Assembly: GCF_013315695.1 (NCBI RefSeq)
Contig: NZ_CP054353.1
Origin: Escherichia coli
GTDB taxonomy: Bacteria; Pseudomonadota; Gammaproteobacteria; Enterobacterales; Enterobacteriaceae
Strand: one strand, 5' to 3'
Length of the DNA stretch: 64,000 bases
The stretch's first letter is position 1; every line of letters starts with the position of its first letter. The notes under the pieces were generated by a model. It was not told the origin of the DNA, searched no databases, and saw only the letters and a list, made by a program, of their open reading frames with translations. Positions 37,795 through 50,938 of the stretch are shown here, piece after piece. Made by a program: the position numbers and the translations under genes.

Positions 37795-37850
37795 GTTGGA
37801 GTCATTACCTTCTAATTGATATGCAATTGTTTACTAAAAGTTATTAAAAA

Positions 37851-37868
37851 TGGGGCGTGGAAACGCCC
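37851..37868 (-). terminator. hairpin GGGGCGTGGAAACGCCCC with flanking A/T runs, likely the porin terminator
   Basis: Perfect 7-bp GC stem; on the minus strand it is followed by a T-run. Confidence 0.4.
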
Positions 37869-38007
37869 CCAAAATAAAGGGTAATATATAACAGAAGGTT
37901 TATATAGTAAGAAGCAAGGTAGTGCTTCTAAAGGAAGTGGCTTGAGGGCTCCACTTATATGTTGCGGAGGCAAAGCCTCCCGCAACATATCTTTTTCGTA
38001 AGTCAGA

Positions 38008-39090
38008 TTAGAACTGATAAACCAGACCTACAGCGACGATGTCGTCGGTATCAATACCAGCTGTTTTGGTAAACTTACTATCGTCAATTAAGTTGATTTT
38101 GTAATCAACAAAAGTGGACATGTTTTTATTAAAGTAGTAAGTAGCACCGACATCGACATACTTGACTAAGTCTCGGTCACCATGAACACCAAGGTCTTTA
38201 CCTTTTGACTGAAGGTAAGCAACAGATGGACGCAGACCGAAGTCAAACTGATATTGTGCTACTGCTTCAAAGTTTTGTGCTTTGTTTGCAATATGGTTAT
38301 TACCAAAAACGGTCATATTCTGAGTTTCAGAATATGTGGTAGCCAGATAGATATTGTTCGCATCATATTTCAGGCCTGCAGCCCATACTTCCGCATTTTT
38401 GCCGGAGGCATTGAATTTGCTCTTACCATAGGCGACCTGACCGTCAGTGCGATCTGATTTAGCATAGGTTGCACCCACGCCGAATCCTTCATACTCATAA
38501 GTAGTGGAGAAACCGAAACCATCACCATTGGCTTCAGTTACGTCAGTGCGGTCATTTTTACCCTGATACTGAGCAGCAAAGTTCAGGCCATCGACCAGAC
38601 CAAAGAAGTCGTTGTTACGATAAGTTGCAACACCAGTAGTGCGACCAGTCATGAACACATCTGTTTGGGTCCAGGTATCACCACCGAATTCTGGCAGGAC
38701 GTCAGTCCACGCACCGATGTCGTATGCTACACCGTAGTTACGGCCGTAATCGATTGAGCCGTAATCACCAAATTTCAGGCCTGCAAATGCAAGACGGGTT
38801 TTGTCTTTGGAAGAACCTTGAGATTCAGCACGGTTGCCTTTGAATTCATATTCCCACTGACCGAAACCAGTCAGTTGATCGTTGATTTGGGTTTCACCTT
38901 TGAAGCCAAGACGGGCATAAGTAGTATCACCATCATCTGCATCATTAGAGGAGAAGTAGTGCTTGGCATTAACTTTCCCGTATAGATCCAGCTTGTTACT
39001 GTCTTTATTATAAATTTCAGCTGCCTGAGCAGACATCGCCATCAGTACTGATGCAGCTACAGCAGAAATTGCCACTGTTAATTTTTTCAT
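38008..39090 (-). CDS. nmpC: prophage-encoded OmpC/OmpF-family porin, apparently intact
   Basis: 360 aa from [23 protein letters not shown] signal peptide; C-terminal …VAVGLVYQF beta-barrel signature. Confidence 0.85.
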   Translation of the reverse strand: MKKLTVAISAVAASVLMAMSAQAAEIYNKDSNKLDLYGKVNAKHYFSSNDADDGDTTYARLGFKGETQINDQLTGFGQWEYEFKGNRAESQGSSKDKTRLAFAGLKFGDYGSIDYGRNYGVAYDIGAWTDVLPEFGGDTWTQTDVFMTGRTTGVATYRNNDFFGLVDGLNFAAQYQGKNDRTDVTEANGDGFGFSTTYEYEGFGVGATYAKSDRTDGQVAYGKSKFNASGKNAEVWAAGLKYDANNIYLATTYSETQNMTVFGNNHIANKAQNFEAVAQYQFDFGLRPSVAYLQSKGKDLGVHGDRDLVKYVDVGATYYFNKNMSTFVDYKINLIDDSKFTKTAGIDTDDIVAVGLVYQF

Positions 39091-39516
39091 TGTACGCCCT
39101 TTTTTTGAACTATTATTAAAAAATGATGTCACTGCGCGATAAATATTCATCTAATCAATGCGATTATTTCAAGATGTAAGTTTTAGTTTCTCATTTAATT
39201 TGTGAAGTAGATCTCTATTTTTATCTAAACCTTTTCTATCTAATCCTATTCATGGCTCTTGTTTGAACGAAAATAAATCTATTAGCTAATTTATATTAAT
39301 GGCACTTATTTATAAGCGATCTATAATTCTTTAGCTTAATTTAAACAAGCTAAAAATAACATCGGAAATTATTCATTGGTTATTTGTTGAAGTTTTCTTA
39401 TGTATTTGTGGTGGTGTTTTGAACACTCGGTGGCATTCTCACAAATATCATTTAGTAGTTTACGTACGTAAAAAATTGGTTATGCTGTTAAGAGTGGTTA
39501 CTTCGTCACACAGCTT

Positions 39517-39549
39517 AAACCCGCCGTCGAGCGGGTTTTTCCATTTTTT
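39517..39549 (+). terminator. rho-independent terminator upstream of the holin (tR'-like)
   Basis: AAACCCGC-CGTCGA-GCGGGTTTTTCCATTTTTT; stem-loop plus U tract. Confidence 0.5.
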
Positions 39550-39678
39550 GAGTCTCGATATTAGCTGATAACCCAATACCTGAGTTATTCACTGACTCCG
39601 AATCTGTTACGTTTCTGCCTTTATTGCGATACGTAGTATCCCCTTAATTTACACCCGCTTTGTCTGCGAGGTGGGGTT

Positions 39679-39894
39679 ATGAAATCCATGGATAAGTTAA
39701 CAACGGGTGTCGCCTATGGCACCTCAGCAGGTAGTGCCGGATACTGGTTTTTACAGCTGCTAGATAAAGTCACGCCCTCACAGTGGGCGGCAATTGGAGT
39801 GCTGGGTAGCCTGGTATTTGGCCTGCTGACGTACCTGACAAACCTTTATTTCAAGATTAAAGAAGATAAGCGCAAGGCTGCGAGAGGTGGATAA
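39679..39894 (+). CDS. essD: class II holin (phage-21 S21-like pinholin)
   Basis: 71 aa, two TM segments ([26 protein letters not shown]…), charged C-terminus. Confidence 0.85.
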
Positions 39895-40391
39895 TGCCTC
39901 CATCATTACGAAAAGCTGTTGCTGCTGCTATTGGTGGCGGGGCTATTGCTATAGCATCTGTGTTAATCACTGGCCCAAGTGGTAACGATGGTCTGGAAGG
40001 TGTGAGACATAATCCTTACAAAGACATAGTTGGTGTATGGACTGTATGTTACGGGCATACAGGAAAAGACATCATTCCCGGTAAAACGTATACCGAAGCA
40101 GAGTGCAAAGCCCTCCTGAATAAAGACCTTGCCACTGTCGCCAGACAAATTAACCCGTACATCAAAGTCGATATACCGGAAACAACGCGCGGCGCTCTTT
40201 ACTCGTTCGTCTACAACGTGGGTGCTGGCAATTTCAGAACATCGACGCTTCTTCGCAAAATCAACCAGGGCGATATCAAAGGCGCATGTGACCAGCTACG
40301 TCGCTGGACATACGCTGGCGGTAAGCAATGGAAAGGGCTGATGACTCGCCGTGAGATTGAGCGTGAAGTCTGTTTGTGGGGGCAGCAATGA
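39894..40391 (+). CDS. rrrD: SAR endolysin (T4 lysozyme-type muramidase with N-terminal signal-anchor-release domain)
   Basis: 165 aa; Gly/Ala-rich SAR segment [20 protein letters not shown] followed by lysozyme fold. Confidence 0.85.
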   Translation: MPPSLRKAVAAAIGGGAIAIASVLITGPSGNDGLEGVRHNPYKDIVGVWTVCYGHTGKDIIPGKTYTEAECKALLNKDLATVARQINPYIKVDIPETTRGALYSFVYNVGAGNFRTSTLLRKINQGDIKGACDQLRRWTYAGGKQWKGLMTRREIEREVCLWGQQ

Positions 40392-40825
40392 GCAGGTTAA
40401 CCGCGATTATCTCCGCTCTGGTTATCTGCATCATCGTCTGTCTGTCATGGGCTGTTAATCATTACCGTGATAACGCCATTACCTATAAAGAACAGCGCGA
40501 TAAAGCCACGTACATCATCGCTGACATGCAGAAGCGTCAACGTGACGTAGCAGAACTCGATGCCAGATATACAAAGGAGCTTGCTGATGCTAACGCGACT
40601 ATCGAAAGTCTCCGTGCTGATGTTTCTGCTGGGCGTAAGCGCCTGCAAGTCGCCGCCACCTGTGCAAAGTCAACGACCGGAGCCAGCGGCATGGGCGATG
40701 GAGAAAGCCCAGGACTTACAGCAGATGCTGAACTCAATTATTACCGTCTCCGAAGTGGAATCGACAAGATAACCGCGCAGGTTAACTACCTGCAGGAATA
40801 CATCAGGACGCAATGCCTGAAATAA
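40376..40825 (+). CDS. rzpD: Rz-like i-spanin
   Basis: 149 aa; N-terminal TM then coiled coil; overlaps endolysin end. Confidence 0.8.
   Translation: MGAAMSRLTAIISALVICIIVCLSWAVNHYRDNAITYKEQRDKATYIIADMQKRQRDVAELDARYTKELADANATIESLRADVSAGRKRLQVAATCAKSTTGASGMGDGESPGLTADAELNYYRLRSGIDKITAQVNYLQEYIRTQCLK
40560..40772 (+). CDS. rzoD: Rz1-like o-spanin lipoprotein embedded in the +1 frame of Rz
   Basis: Lipobox LLGVSAC followed by Pro-rich segment; fully nested in rzpD; true start probably an internal Met. Confidence 0.7.
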   Translation: MPDIQRSLLMLTRLSKVSVLMFLLGVSACKSPPPVQSQRPEPAAWAMEKAQDLQQMLNSIITVSEVESTR

Positions 40826-40886
40826 TTTTTTTGCAAATCACAAAGTCAATTTAATGAGCCTCGCGATGCGGGGCTTTTTGCAATAA

Positions 40887-40911
40887 ATGCGTACCGCAAC
40901 GCATGTTTTTT
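40887..40911 (+). terminator. weak terminator-like hairpin after the spanin genes
   Basis: ATGCGT-ACCGCA-ACGCAT followed by GTTTTTT. Confidence 0.3.
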
Positions 40912-41026
40912 ACACCGAACCTGCCCCTTTGGAATGGGCCTTTGAGGATACCAGTTAGTGCTGGCGAGCCTCGGTGGGCTGGTTTCCTGTGCGGCAAAGG
41001 TTCATTTCAAAGAGTAGGTACACGCT

Positions 41027-41524
41027 ATGAAATCATTAACCCTCTTCAATCAACCAATTCGTATCGGTGAAGATGGCATGATCTGCCTCACTGATATGTG
41101 GAAAGCCAGTGGTAAAAGTGAATCTGAATCGCCTTACCACTACCTGCGAAACAAGCAGACCAAAGAGTTCTTAGCCGAGCTGGAGAAAAACCACGAATCT
41201 GTGGTTTTTACTGAGCGCGGTGTACACGGTGGAACATATGGCGGGAAGTTTGTTGCTTACGATTATGCGGCTTGGTTAAACCCCGGGTTCAAGTACGCGG
41301 CCTATAAAGTCCTCGATGACTACTTCACCGGAGAACTTCAGCATCGCAACAGCTTAAGTGCGCAGCTCAACATGAAATGTCATGAGTTTGACCAGAAGAA
41401 AGACATGGCGAGCTTCTGCGGACAAGGGCTGGCAGCATGGCGCTATACGAAGCCAGTGTTGGTCGCTGAGATTAACTCCCTGGCTAACCAGCTGCAGATT
41501 ACGATCCCCGGGCTTCCGGGATGA
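41027..41524 (+). CDS. KilA-N domain protein (165 aa)
   Basis: N-terminal KilA-N/APSES-like signature (…ICLTDMWKASGK… ; …YDYAAWLNPGFKYA…). Confidence 0.55.
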   Translation: MKSLTLFNQPIRIGEDGMICLTDMWKASGKSESESPYHYLRNKQTKEFLAELEKNHESVVFTERGVHGGTYGGKFVAYDYAAWLNPGFKYAAYKVLDDYFTGELQHRNSLSAQLNMKCHEFDQKKDMASFCGQGLAAWRYTKPVLVAEINSLANQLQITIPGLPG

Positions 41525-41778
41525 GTGATCGTGTTATTGAATGCGCCTCCAGAGCGGGGCGCGACTTCTCAGAGTTCATGAAAGGCGAGAAGGGCATGAT
41601 GGAAGCATTGGCCTCGGTGGATGAGTTTGGCGAGCAGCTGCGCCTCAACGGCTGTGTCAATCATCACTTTGTTAGCTACATGATGCGGAACTCGATCATG
41701 CAGGCATTCATGGACATGGCAAAAGCCGAGAGGAAAGAAGAGCGCCGGCGTAAGCGAGCGGAAGCAAAAGCGAAGTAG
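41521..41778 (+). CDS. hypothetical protein (85 aa), translationally coupled to the KilA-N gene
   Basis: ATGA start/stop overlap; Lys/Arg/Glu-rich C-terminal tail. Confidence 0.4.
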   Translation: MSDRVIECASRAGRDFSEFMKGEKGMMEALASVDEFGEQLRLNGCVNHHFVSYMMRNSIMQAFMDMAKAERKEERRRKRAEAKAK

Positions 41779-42263
41779 CCATTACAAAGCCTATCTACGG
41801 GTGGGCTTGATAATGGCTTATACCCTACACGGGATAACTTAACTGATATCCCTTTTAAAGGATAAAGGTATTCAAGCCTGACACATCATGCGCTGTATCG
41901 TCGCCGTGTTCCCGTATTAACAGAGACCGTAGCCCGACGGGGAACTCCTTCTGCGCGAGTGTGCGGGAATAATCAAAAACGATGCACACCGGGGTTACCG
42001 GGTACACATATTTCATCATGCCAGCGAGTCCGGTTCTGGCACGGAAGAAACCGGACGTTATGATTTAGTGCGGAAATATTTGTGTAGTGTTCTGAATGTT
42101 CTCAGTAAAGAGTAATGAATTATCAAAGGTATAGTAATACCTTTTGTTTTCGTGGATATTTGTAATCCATCTGAAAACCCCTGCTGTAGCAAGATTTTTC
42201 CTGTATTCGTAAAATGATAACTCTCCTGATTTGAATCCTTTTAAGGTGGCTTCTATAAGGCAT

Positions 42264-42476
42264 TTATTTTTTTGAAAATCTTACATTTACAACCTTACCC
42301 TGTCCTTTTATTAAAACCGTATTATCGTTTTCAAGAACAAGATGAATATTCTCTGTGGCTAAATAGTAAATGTAATGTGAGACATTGTGACGTTTTAGTT
42401 CAGAATAAAACCAGTGATAGTTTAAATTATTTCGCACTTTATCGAATATTTGTTTAAAAATGGCAACCTGAGCCAT
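42264..42476 (-). CDS. hypothetical small protein (about 70 aa) in an AT-rich island
   Basis: Likely start at the second Met (MAQVAIF…) preceded by GGAAGG; GC content well below surroundings. Confidence 0.4.
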   Translation of the reverse strand: MAQVAIFKQIFDKVRNNLNYHWFYSELKRHNVSHYIYYLATENIHLVLENDNTVLIKGQGKVVNVRFSKK

Positions 42477-42533
42477 TGTAGTACCTTCCATGTGATATGA
42501 GGGGGCGTAGTCTGCACGATTATCTAGATTGCT

Positions 42534-42767
42534 TCAATCTGGTCTAACCTGTTTTCTGAGCAATTCAGTAATGTCACTCTTTTCTTTGTTTGCTTCAGGC
42601 GAAACTCTTTTTTCTGAGCACAGTCTCCGGCGGCAGGCTTCAATGACCCAGGCTGAGAAATTCCCGGACCCTTTTTGAACAAGAGCGATGTTAATTTGTT
42701 CAATCATTTGGTTAGGAAAGCGGATGTTGCGGGTTGTTGTTCTGCGGGTTCTGTTCTTCGTTGACAT
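42534..42767 (-). CDS. ribbon-helix-helix-like small DNA-binding protein (77 aa)
   Basis: Basic N-tail then beta-strand/helix pattern …RNIRFPNQMIEQINIALVQKGSGNFSAWVIEACRRRL…. Confidence 0.45.
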   Translation of the reverse strand: MSTKNRTRRTTTRNIRFPNQMIEQINIALVQKGSGNFSAWVIEACRRRLCSEKRVSPEANKEKSDITELLRKQVRPD

Positions 42768-42966
42768 GAGGTTGCCCTGTATTCAGTGTCGCTGATTTGT
42801 ATTGTCTGAAGTTGTTTTTACGTTAAGTTGATGCAGATCAATTAATACGATACCTGCGTCATAATTGATTATTTGACGTGGTTTGATGGCGTAGATGCAC
42901 GTTGTGACATGTAGATGATAATTATTATCATTTTTCGGGTCCTTTCCGGCGATCCGACAGGTTACG

Positions 42967-42978
42967 GGGCGGCGACCT
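42967..42978. other. cosN cohesive-end site of the lambda-like packaging module
   Basis: …CGACAGGTTACG|GGGCGGCGACCT|CGCGGGTTTTCGCTATTTATGAAAATTTTCCGG… matches the remembered lambda end sequences; Nu1 starts 178 bp downstream. Confidence 0.8.
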
Positions 42979-43155
42979 CGCGGGTTTTCGCTATTTATGA
43001 AAATTTTCCGGTTTAAGGCGTTTCCGTTCTTCTTCGTCGTAACTTAATGTTTTTATTTAAAATACCCCCTGAAAAGAAAGGAAACGACAGGTGCTGAAAG
43101 CGAGCTTTTTGGCCTCTGTCGTTTCCTTTCTCTGTTTTTGTCCGTGGAATGAGCA

Positions 43156-43675
43156 ATGGAAGTCAACAAAAAGCAGCTGGCTGACATTTTCGGTGCGAGT
43201 ATCCGTACCATTCAGAACTGGCAGGAACAGGGAATGCCCGTTCTGCGAGGCGGTGGCAAGGGTAATGAGGTGCTTTATGACTCTGCCGCCGTCATAAAAT
43301 GGTATGCCGAAAGGGATGCTGAAATTGAGAACGAAAAGCTGCGCCGGGAGGTTGAAGAACTGCGGCAGGCCAGCGAGGCAGATCTCCAGCCAGGGACTAT
43401 TGAGTACGAACGCCACCGACTTACGCGTGCGCAGGCCGACGCACAGGAACTGAAGAATGCCAGAGACTCCGCTGAAGTGGTGGAAACCGCATTCTGTACT
43501 TTCGTGTTGTCGCGGATCGCAGGTGAAATTGCCAGTATTCTCGACGGGATCCCCCTGTCGGTGCAGCGGCGTTTTCCGGAACTGGAAAACCGACATGTTG
43601 ATTTCCTGAAACGGGATATCATCAAAGCCATGAACAAAGCAGCCGCGCTGGATGAACTGATACCGGGGTTGCTGA

Positions 43676-43701
<26 letters not shown>
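43156..43701 (+). CDS. nu1: terminase small subunit
   Basis: 181 aa, near-identical to remembered lambda Nu1 (MEVNKKQLADIFGASIRTIQNWQEQGMPVLRGGGKGNEVLYD…). Confidence 0.95.
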
Positions 43702-47382
<3,681 letters not shown>

Positions 47383-47402
<20 letters not shown>

Positions 47403-48702
47403 TCTCCCGCATATTACCAGTATGGCCTTTAATGAGCCGCTGATGCTTGAACCCGCCTATGCGCGGGTTTTCTTTTGTGCGCTTGCAGGCCAGCTTGGGA
47501 TCAGCCGCCTGACGGATGCGGTATCCGGCGACAGCCTGACTGCCGGAGAGGCACCCGCGGCGCTGGCGTTATCCGTTGATGATGACGGACCACGGCAGGC
47601 CCGCAGTTATCAGGTCATGAACGGCATCGCCGTGCTGCCGGTGTCCGGCACGCTGGTCAGCCGGACGCGGGCGCTGCAGCCGTATTCGGGGATGACCGGT
47701 TACAACGGCATTATCGCCCGTCTGCAACAGGCTGCCAGCGACCCGATGGTGGACGGCATTCTGCTCGATATGGATACGCCAGGCGGGATGGTGGCAGGGG
47801 CATTTGACTGCGCTGACATCATCGCCCGTGTGCGTGACATAAAGCCGGTATGGGCGCTGGCCAATGACATGAACTGCAGCGCAGGTCAGCTGCTTGCCAG
47901 TGCCGCCTCCCGGCGTCTGGTCACGCAGACCGCCCGGACAGGCTCCATCGGCGTCATGATGGCTCACAGTAATTACGGTGCTGCGCTGGAGAAACAGGGC
48001 GTGGAAATCACGCTGATTTACAGCGGCAGCCATAAGGTGGATGGCAACCCCTACAGCCATCTTCCGGATGACGTCCGGGAGACACTGCAGTCCCGGATGG
48101 ATGCAACCCGCCGGATGTTTGCGCAGAAGGTGTCGGCATATACCGGCCTGTCCGTGCAGGCTGTGCTGGATACCGAGGCTGCAGTGTACAGCGGTCAGGA
48201 GGCCATTGATGCCGGACTGGCTGATGAACTTGTTAACAGCACCGATGCGATCACCGTCATGCGTGATGCACTGGATGCACGTAAATCCCGTCTCTCAGGA
48301 GGGCGAATGACCAAAGAGACTCAATCAACAACTGTTTCAGCCACCGCTTCGCAGGCTGACGTTACTGACGTGGTGCAAGCGACGGAGGGCGAAAACGCCA
48401 GCGCGGCGCAGCCGGACGTGAACACGCAGATCACCGCAGCGGTTGCGGCAGAAAACAGCCGCATTATGGGGATCCTCAACTGTGAGGAGGCTCACGGACG
48501 CGAAGAACAGGCGCGCGTGCTGGCAGAAACCCCCGGAATGACCGTGGAAACGGCCCGCCGCATTCTGGCCGCAGCACCACAGAGTGCACAGGCGCGCAGT
48601 GACACTGCGCTGGATCGTCTGATGCAGGGTGCACCGGCACCACTGGCTGCAGGTAACCCGGCATCTGATGCCGTTAACGATTTGCTGAACACACCAGTGT
48701 AA
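47383..48702 (+). CDS. C: prohead protease/scaffold C (GTG start), with nested in-frame Nu3 scaffold in the 3' part
   Basis: 439 aa from (V)TAELRNLPHI; ClpP-like protease motifs; RBS GAGGAGGAG upstream. Confidence 0.9.
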
Positions 48703-48711
48703 GGGATGTTT

Positions 48712-49044
48712 ATGACGAGCAAAGAAACCTTTACCCATTACCAGCCGCTGGGCAACAGTGACCCGGCTCATACCGCAACCGCGCCCGGCGGATTGAGTGC
48801 GAAAGCGCCTGCAATGACTCCGCTGATGCTTGACACCGCCACCCGTAAGCTGGTTGCGTGGGATGGCACCACCGACGGTGCTGCCGTTGGCATTCTGGCT
48901 GTTGCAGCTGACCAGACCAGCACCACGCTGACGTTCTACAAGTCCGGCACGTTCCGTTATGAGGATGTGCTCTGGCCGGAGGCTGCCAGCGACGAGACGA
49001 AAAAACGGACCGCGTTTGCCGGAACGGCAATCAGCATCGTTTAA
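48712..49044 (+). CDS. D: head decoration protein D
   Basis: 110 aa ([27 protein letters not shown]…). Confidence 0.95.
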   Translation: MTSKETFTHYQPLGNSDPAHTATAPGGLSAKAPAMTPLMLDTATRKLVAWDGTTDGAAVGILAVAADQTSTTLTFYKSGTFRYEDVLWPEAASDETKKRTAFAGTAISIV

Positions 49045-49099
49045 CTTTACCCTTCATCACTAAAGGCCGCCTGTGCGGCTTTTTTTACGGGATTTTTTT

Positions 49100-50125
49100 A
49101 TGTCGATGTACACAACCGCCCAGCTGCTGGCGGCAAATGAGCAGAAATTTAAGTTTGATCCGCTGTTTCTGCGTCTCTTTTTCCGTGAGAGCTATCCCTT
49201 CACCACGGAGAAAGTCTATCTCTCACAAATTCCGGGACTGGTAAACATGGCGCTGTACGTTTCGCCGATTGTTTCCGGTGAGGTTATCCGCTCCCGTGGC
49301 GGCTCCACCTCTGAATTTACACCGGGATATGTCAAGCCGAAGCATGAGGTGAATCCGCAGATGACCCTGCGTCGCCTGCCGGATGAAGATCCGCAGAATC
49401 TGGCGGACCCGGCTTACCGCCGCCGTCGCATCATCATGCAGAACATGCGTGACGAAGAGCTGGCCATTGCTCAGGTCGAAGAGATGCAGGCCGTTTCTGC
49501 CGTGCTTAAGGGCAAATACACCATGACCGGTGAAGCCTTCGATCCGGTTGAGGTGGATATGGGCCGCAGTGCGGCGAATAACATCACGCAGTCCGGCGGC
49601 ACGGAGTGGAGCAAGCGTGACAAGTCCACGTATGACCCGACCGACGATATCGAAGCCTACGCGCTGAACGCCAGCGGTGTGGTGAATATCATCGTGTTTG
49701 ATCCGAAAGGCTGGGCGCTGTTCCGTTCCTTCAAAGCCGTCAGGGAGAAGCTGGATACCCGTCGTGGCTCTCATTCCGAGCTGGAGACAGCGGTAAAAGA
49801 CCTGGGTAAAGCGGTGTCCTATAAGGGTATGTATGGCGATGTTGCCATCGTCGTGTATTCCGGACAGTACGTGGAAAACGGCGTCAAAAAGAACTTCCTG
49901 CCGGACAACACGATGGTGCTGGGGAACACTCAGGCACGCGGTCTGCGCACCTATGGTTGTATTCAGGATGCGGACGCACAGCGCGAAGGCATTAACGCCT
50001 CTGCCCGTTACCCGAAAAACTGGGTGACCACCGGCGATCCGGCACGTGAGTTCACCATGATTCAGTCAGCACCGCTGATGCTGCTGGCTGACCCTGATGA
50101 GTTCGTGTCCGTACAACTGGCGTAA
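49100..50125 (+). CDS. E: major capsid protein E
   Basis: 341 aa from MSMYTTAQLLAANEQKFKF. Confidence 0.95.
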   Translation: MSMYTTAQLLAANEQKFKFDPLFLRLFFRESYPFTTEKVYLSQIPGLVNMALYVSPIVSGEVIRSRGGSTSEFTPGYVKPKHEVNPQMTLRRLPDEDPQNLADPAYRRRRIIMQNMRDEELAIAQVEEMQAVSAVLKGKYTMTGEAFDPVEVDMGRSAANNITQSGGTEWSKRDKSTYDPTDDIEAYALNASGVVNIIVFDPKGWALFRSFKAVREKLDTRRGSHSELETAVKDLGKAVSYKGMYGDVAIVVYSGQYVENGVKKNFLPDNTMVLGNTQARGLRTYGCIQDADAQREGINASARYPKNWVTTGDPAREFTMIQSAPLMLLADPDEFVSVQLA

Positions 50126-50166
50126 TCATGGCCCTTCGGGGCCATTGTCTCTCTGTGGAGAAGTCC

Positions 50167-50562
50167 ATGACGAAAGATGAACTGATTGCCCGTCTCCGCT
50201 CGCTGGGTGAACAACTGAACCGTGATGTCAGCCTGACGGGGACGAAAGAAGAACTGGCGCTCCGTGTGGCAGAGCTGGAAGAAGAGCTTGATGACACGGG
50301 CGACACTGCCGGTCAGGATACCCCTCTCAGCCCGGAAAATGTGCTGACCGGACATGAAAATGAGGTTGTATCAGCGCAGCCGGATACCGTGACTGATACG
50401 GCTGATCTGGTCACGGTTGTGGCACTGGTGACGCTGCATACTGATGCACTTCACGCCACGCGGGATGAGGCTGTGGCATTTGTGCTGCCGGGAACGGCGT
50501 TCCGTGTCTCTGCCGGTGTGGCAGCTGAAATGACAGAGCGCGGCCTGGCCAGAATGCAATAA
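50167..50562 (+). CDS. FI: DNA-packaging protein FI
   Basis: About 131 aa from MTKDELIARLRSLGEQL. Confidence 0.9.
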   Translation: MTKDELIARLRSLGEQLNRDVSLTGTKEELALRVAELEEELDDTGDTAGQDTPLSPENVLTGHENEVVSAQPDTVTDTADLVTVVALVTLHTDALHATRDEAVAFVLPGTAFRVSAGVAAEMTERGLARMQ

Positions 50563-50573
50563 CGGGAGGCGCT

Positions 50574-50927
50574 GTGGCTGATTTCGATAACCTGTTCGAT
50601 GCTGCCATTGCCTGCGCCGATGAAACGATACGCGGGTACATGGGAACGTCAGCCACCATGACATCCGGTGAGCAGTCCGGTGCTGTGATACGTGGTGTTT
50701 TTGATGACCCTGAAAATATCAGCTATGCCGGACAGGGCGTGCGCGTTGAAGGCTCCAGCCCGTCCCTGTTTGTCCGGACTGATGATGTGCGGCAACTGCG
50801 GCGTGGAGACACGCTGACCATCGGTGAGGAAAACTTCTGGATAGATCGTGTTTCGCCGGATGATGGCGGAAGCTGTCATCTCTGGCTTGGGCGGGGCGTA
50901 CCGCCTGCCGTTAACCGTCGCCGCTGA
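50574..50927 (+). CDS. FII: head-tail connector FII (GTG start)
   Basis: 117 aa (M)ADFDNLFDAAIA…. Confidence 0.9.
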   Translation: MADFDNLFDAAIACADETIRGYMGTSATMTSGEQSGAVIRGVFDDPENISYAGQGVRVEGSSPSLFVRTDDVRQLRRGDTLTIGEENFWIDRVSPDDGGSCHLWLGRGVPPAVNRRR

Positions 50928-50938
50928 AAGGGGGATGT

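Larger units (their letters stand above)
37042..37809 (+). mobile_element. IS1 insertion sequence, copy 2 (768 bp, same orientation as copy 1)
   Basis: Identical terminal repeats and insA/insB ORFs. Confidence 0.92.

Noticed and set aside
42264-42767. Calling the RHH/small-ORF pair a specific named toxin-antitoxin family
   Set aside because: The downstream protein shows no recognisable RelE/ParE/HicA-like signature by eye; kept only as an unassigned candidate in findings.
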